50,834 bases of DNA from contig JBNGIO010006284.1 in the NCBI GenBank assembly GCA_049999805.1, forward strand, positions 352,001 through 402,834. Reading direction: 5' to 3'. This DNA comes from Folioceros fuciformis (lineage: Eukaryota). The translations under genes were made by a program, and so were the position numbers. Of the stretch, positions 46,449 to 50,834 are shown piece after piece; the first letter of the stretch is position 1; each line of letters opens with the position of its first letter. A model generated the notes under the pieces. It was given only the letters and a program-made list of their open reading frames with translations. It searched no databases and was not told the DNA's origin.

Positions 46449-49400
46449 TCAGGGCTCCACACGGAGTAGATTGTTTTGGACACTGGTATCGCGCATGACC
46501 ATCTCCCTGCGGTGGTCGATGGTCCAGATGCCATCCACGATGAACTTGATCTCATAAACTCCAGGGTAGAGCAGCAAATCCAGACCCCAAAGCATGGGCC
46601 CTCGAGAACCGTCAAAATTGGGTATCTCAGACCTAAGATCTGGCTGAAAAGGGAAAAAATGTTGCCAGCCATTAAAACTGCCAGCCAGTTCGACTTTGGT
46701 GCCTTCCCCCCACCATTCAACAGACACCTTCTTGAGCCGTGACACGGCCACCTCAGCATCCTGCAACTTCCTCCTCTCCTCTTCCAATTCCACCTTGGCT
46801 TGAGCAATATCCGTGGAAACTTTGCCTTGCACGAGCATAAGCTCAGCTTTCATTTCTAGCAGCTCTTGTCTAAGGCTTAAGACCTCCGCTTCTCGGAGTT
46901 GTAGGGCTGATTTGAGGCTATCAATCTCAATTTGTGCCTGTTCCTGGAGCTGGACATCTACCTCCTTTCGTTTCTCTGCCAACCGCCCTATTTCTTGCTG
47001 CTTGGCCAAAATGCTGAAGATAATCCGATCTCTATCCTGCTGCTCAAAAGTTGCGTCCAAAGCAGACTCCAGCTGCAACTTTGCTTGCAGGATGGGACCC
47101 ATTTGTGCGGCAATAGTCTCCTCCCTCTCTGGGACGACACCATCTGGTTGATCTGCTTCCCAAGAGAGACCATCGGAGTGATAGTCATAATCTGCAATCC
47201 TCTCAAAGCCCTGGACATCGTTCATAGCAAACATTTCCTCGTTCCCTTCTTGAGAGTTCACCTCGTCATCTGGCTGCAGGCCAGAGCTTGCAATATCAAT
47301 TTCTCCGAGTGCTTGGGGCATGGCAGATTCATTCGGCCACAAATTTCCGTCGTTGTTAAGTTTCTTAGCTTCCTCTAAGACACCGGACTTCGTGTCCTCT
47401 TTGTCACGCCACTCAGTTCTTGCTCTGAGAGATTCCCGCAAGACTTTCAATCCTTCAGCACCTTTCCTAATCTCCAGCAGCTTCTGCCTCAACTGATCTC
47501 GAGTCTCCCTTAGCTTCTTGGTAGAATCTTCTTGTCCTGTGCTGAGCTTACCAATACCACCAATACCGCCAGATGGGGTTTCAAAGGTCCCAGACTCTTC
47601 CACAATGCTCGGCAGACCTGTGCTCAAAAACAACCGTGCCCTTTCCTGGAATGACAAGTGGCAGACAGTCCTCTCATCCGGAACACCCTGTGACTGTGGG
47701 TCAGATACAACAGGACTGACACTTTTACTCACCGGATTCACAAAATCTTGTTCTGAGACTGGAGCAGAACCCTGCTGTGCTAAGTTATCCGTCTCAGAGA
47801 GTTGTCCTTGTTCTGCACTCCTTTCAGACTCTTGCAGAATGCTCGACAGTCCCGTGCTCACAAACAGTCTTGCCCTTTCCTGGATTGACAGGTCAAATAC
47901 AGACCTCTCATTTGAGACAACTTGAGACTGTAAGTTAGGGACAACTGGACTTACATTTTTAGTTCCCGGATTTGTAGAGTCATATTCAGAGACTGGAAGG
48001 GAACTCTGCTGCACTGATCTCCCCTTCTCCGAAAGTTCCCCATGTTCTGTCTTCAGCTTTTCAACACCGCCAGATGCGGTTTCCAAATTTGAAAGTCCTG
48101 TGCTCAAAAACAACTTTGCCCTTTCCTCGACAGACAGGTCAAAGAGAGACCCCTTGTCTAGAATAGCTTGAGCTTGCAAATCAGTTACAGCAGGACTGGT
48201 ACTTTCCGTCCGCACATTTTCAGAATCCTGTTCTGTGGCCAAGCCCGATCCACCCTGCCATGAATTCTCTTGCTCAGAAAATAGTCCTGTTTCAATATCC
48301 AGCTTGCCAAAATCACACAATTGAGTTTCCAAGCTTCCACGCCCTGCTAGAAGGCTAGACAGACCTGTGTTCCTTGCTTTTTCCTCAATTGGCAGGTCCA
48401 AGTCATTCCTTTCATCTAGACCAGCATGAGATTGTAGCTCCTGAACAACAAGACTGTCCCTTTCAGTCTGCATAATTGTAGACTCTTGCTCTGTGATTGG
48501 AACAAAACCCTGCTGTCCTAATTTCTGCCTCTCGGTAAAATCTCCTTCTGTCGTGTTCAGCTTGTCAATATCACCAGATGGGGCCTCAAAACTTACCGAG
48601 CTCAGAAAAAACCTTGCTCGTTCCTCAATTGACAGATCCAAGACAGATCTCTCACCTGAACCAGCCTGAAACTGAGGCTCCTGTACAACAGGAATATCAT
48701 TTTCATTCCACAAACGATCATTGGACTCTTGCTCTGTGATTGGAACAGAACCCTGCTCTCTTGATTCCTGCTTGTCCGTAACTTCTTGTGCTGTTTTCAG
48801 CTTGCCGATGCCACCAGATGAGGCTTCCTGAGATTGTAGCTCCTGTACAACAGGACTACCACTTTCAGTCCGCAGTTCTACAGACCCTTGCTTTGTGCGA
48901 GGAACAGAACCTTGCTTAAGTAAATTCTCTGTCTCGGCAAATGTTCCGTCTGATGTATTCAGCGTGCCTGTACCACCTGATAAGGCTTCCAAGCTTTCTG
49001 CACTCAGAAACAACCTATCACTTTCCTCAATTGACATGACCAAGACAGACCTTTCATCTGAACCAGACTTAGATTGCAGCTCCTGTACAACAAGACTGTC
49101 AATTTCAGTCGACACATTTGCAGTATCTTGCTCTGTGATTGGAACAGGACCCTGCCGTCCTGATTTCTCCATTTCAAAAAGCTCTCCTTCCGCTGTATCC
49201 AGCTTGTCAATAACACCAGAAGGAGCTTCAGAGCTGCCCGACTCTTCCAGAGGGCTAGACAGTCCCTTGCTCGAAGGCAGCATCTCTCTTTCATACGCTA
49301 GCAGATCAAAGACATAACTCACATCTGAATCATCATGAGATGGTGCGTCAGGTACAGCCAGACTGACCTGTGCAGTCCCCAAATTTTCAGAATCATGTTC

Positions 49401-50834
49401 TGTAGTAGGAGCAAAGCTCTGCTGTTCCAAAGCATGCCCCTCACTGCGGAAAACGTCAGGTTGTTGTGCTCCGGTTTCAGAGCTTGCAGACTCGTGTACT
49501 CTGGACTCTTCCAAAAGGCTTGGCAGTCCTGTACTCGCGAGTAAAGTTGTTGTTTCCTCTCGCGACAGTCTTGAGACAGACTTATTCTCTGTACCAGACT
49601 CGTATCGGGAGGGTTGCACCACAGGATTGATATAGTCCACGTGCTGCAAATCTCCAGCATCCGAGACCAGGGACACAGAAGCCTCCTGCCCAACTGTTGG
49701 ATACTTGCTAATTGAAGCCGAAGCAACTGGTTCTGTGGAACTGGAGCTTGGAGCTTGTTCCTGGATATTGGTCTGGCCTGTAGCCACACACAACCTCGCT
49801 CTTTCCTCTGATGACAAGTGTAGCAAAGACCTCTCGGTTGTGCCAGCCTCAGGTTGCAGGCGTTGTTCACTAGGACTGACATTTTCTGTACCCTGTTCTG
49901 ATACTGAGTCGGAGGCAACCTGCCCTAAGAAGCTCCGCACCTCGGTAGGCAACGAAAGGTCCTCTTCTTGAGGAACCCCTGTTTCAGAGCTTGCAGACTG
50001 TCTTAGACTACTTGACTCTCCTGTACTCACCCACAAGCTTACTTGTTGCTCGGATGACAAGACCGAGACAGACCTCTCTTGTGAATCAATCTGAGGTGGC
50101 AAGCTAGATGCCACAGGACTGGAATCCTCGTGGAGACGATCCTGTTTCAAGACTGAGGAGATAGAAGCCTTCTGCTCTGAGGCCAACGCCGCCGCAGTCA
50201 CTACCTCATTTAAAGCTCCAACGTCCTCCCTCGGTCTGGGGACACCCACACTACTAAATGGCACCACCTGCTGAGTATTATCCTCAGCAATGACTTCACC
50301 TGGAGGACTGGCACGGCCGGGGTGCTGCAGTGTTGCAACATTTGGTACAGAAGGAGAATCCAGCCGTGGGAAGCTAAACCAACTCCCCCTGGCCTGTTCT
50401 GCACCTACATCCTCAATTTCCTCTGTCAATGCTTGCCCTGACACCACCTCTACCTGCACACTCACGTTCACACTAGAAGTTAAACTGCTCGCAAGCTCCC
50501 CCCTACCAGCTCGGCCCCCACAGTCAGAATCACTATTGCTCCCGCTGCTCGATCCTCTCCGAAATCTGGGATTCCCGAGCATGCGGCTCACAGCCTGATA
50601 CCCCCGACTCCGCACCGCATAAGCAAGATCCGAGCGACCCCTACTCGTCAGCTCCTTGATAGACGGCAACTGGTTGGCCGGCAGATCTTGCTGGGCAATG
50701 AATTGCGCCAACTGCTCCACCAGGAGAATGTCTTTCTTGCTGAGCTTTTCTCCGCCTATCTTCCTCCTTGCCTGCCGGTTCCCCTGCCCAAAACTGCCAG
50801 AACTAGAGCAAGTCACGCGGCAGAATCCCTGCGT
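46449..50834 (-). CDS. PROTEIN TARGETING TO STARCH (PTST3-like) coiled-coil plus CBM48 protein with a large internal repeat array, 5' end outside the window
   Basis: Frame is open to the window edge. N-terminal LPSIKELTSRGRSDLAYAVRSRGY domain typical of PTST2/3, a coiled coil, and C-terminal CBM48 (VELAGSFNGW...LYPGVYEIKFIVDGIW...NNLLRVE). No introns are needed across 4.4 kb. Confidence 0.87.
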   Translation of the reverse strand, partial: TQGFCRVTCSSSGSFGQGNRQARRKIGGEKLSKKDILLVEQLAQFIAQQDLPANQLPSIKELTSRGRSDLAYAVRSRGYQAVSRMLGNPRFRRGSSSGSNSDSDCGGRAGRGELASSLTSSVNVSVQVEVVSGQALTEEIEDVGAEQARGSWFSFPRLDSPSVPNVATLQHPGRASPPGEVIAEDNTQQVVPFSSVGVPRPREDVGALNEVVTAAALASEQKASISSVLKQDRLHEDSSPVASSLPPQIDSQERSVSVLSSEQQVSLWVSTGESSSLRQSASSETGVPQEEDLSLPTEVRSFLGQVASDSVSEQGTENVSPSEQRLQPEAGTTERSLLHLSSEERARLCVATGQTNIQEQAPSSSSTEPVASASISKYPTVGQEASVSLVSDAGDLQHVDYINPVVQPSRYESGTENKSVSRLSREETTTLLASTGLPSLLEESRVHESASSETGAQQPDVFRSEGHALEQQSFAPTTEHDSENLGTAQVSLAVPDAPSHDDSDVSYVFDLLAYEREMLPSSKGLSSPLEESGSSEAPSGVIDKLDTAEGELFEMEKSGRQGPVPITEQDTANVSTEIDSLVVQELQSKSGSDERSVLVMSIEESDRLFLSAESLEALSGGTGTLNTSDGTFAETENLLKQGSVPRTKQGSVELRTESGSPVVQELQSQEASSGGIGKLKTAQEVTDKQESREQGSVPITEQESNDRLWNENDIPVVQEPQFQAGSGERSVLDLSIEERARFFLSSVSFEAPSGDIDKLNTTEGDFTERQKLGQQGFVPITEQESTIMQTERDSLVVQELQSHAGLDERNDLDLPIEEKARNTGLSSLLAGRGSLETQLCDFGKLDIETGLFSEQENSWQGGSGLATEQDSENVRTESTSPAVTDLQAQAILDKGSLFDLSVEERAKLFLSTGLSNLETASGGVEKLKTEHGELSEKGRSVQQSSLPVSEYDSTNPGTKNVSPVVPNLQSQVVSNERSVFDLSIQERARLFVSTGLSSILQESERSAEQGQLSETDNLAQQGSAPVSEQDFVNPVSKSVSPVVSDPQSQGVPDERTVCHLSFQERARLFLSTGLPSIVEESGTFETPSGGIGGIGKLSTGQEDSTKKLRETRDQLRQKLLEIRKGAEGLKVLRESLRARTEWRDKEDTKSGVLEEAKKLNNDGNLWPNESAMPQALGEIDIASSGLQPDDEVNSQEGNEEMFAMNDVQGFERIADYDYHSDGLSWEADQPDGVVPEREETIAAQMGPILQAKLQLESALDATFEQQDRDRIIFSILAKQQEIGRLAEKRKEVDVQLQEQAQIEIDSLKSALQLREAEVLSLRQELLEMKAELMLVQGKVSTDIAQAKVELEEERRKLQDAEVAVSRLKKVSVEWWGEGTKVELAGSFNGWQHFFPFQPDLRSEIPNFDGSRGPMLWGLDLLLYPGVYEIKFIVDGIWTIDHRREMVMRDTSVQNNLLRVEP
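47530..50090 (-). repeat. Coding repeat array, ~10 diverged copies of an ~80-aa unit
   Basis: Recurrent (D/E)ERSV(L/F)DLSIEERARLFLSTGLSS...GKL.T...QQGSVPITEQ(D/E)S...SPVV.(E/D)LQSQ, also visible at the DNA level (e.g. ctctgtgattggaaca at 48490, 48732, 49131). Confidence 0.9.

Overview
Gene-dense land-plant nuclear DNA with short (mostly ~60-140 bp) GT-AG introns and several intronless genes. The combination of compactness, abundant PLS-class PPR genes and relics, and a KPAxA-type (DYW:KP) PPR deaminase points to a non-seed plant, most plausibly a hornwort (inference). Left to right: a 5'-truncated CIP7-like gene, an E2 of the UBE2E/COP10 type that keeps its catalytic Cys, a 1581-aa double PLS-PPR fusion, CCDC130/YJU2B, a DYW:KP PPR, AT-rich repeat-containing spacers with a deleted duplicate of that PPR locus, a CRAL-TRIO/GDAP2-like gene, a USP gene, a PPR pseudogene, BCKDH E1-alpha, a canopy/saposin-like ER protein, GRXS16, PPR4, PSRP1 and a 5'-truncated PTST3-like CBM48 protein. 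The main leads are (1) the candidate U-to-C RNA-editing PPR with a non-standard DQN terminus, (2) two complete PLS-E modules joined in one ORF through a catalytically dead DYW remnant, and (3) about ten ~80-aa repeats inside the PTST3-like starch-binding protein. All family calls come from motif recognition by eye, not database searches. Splice sites were read manually and are unverified.
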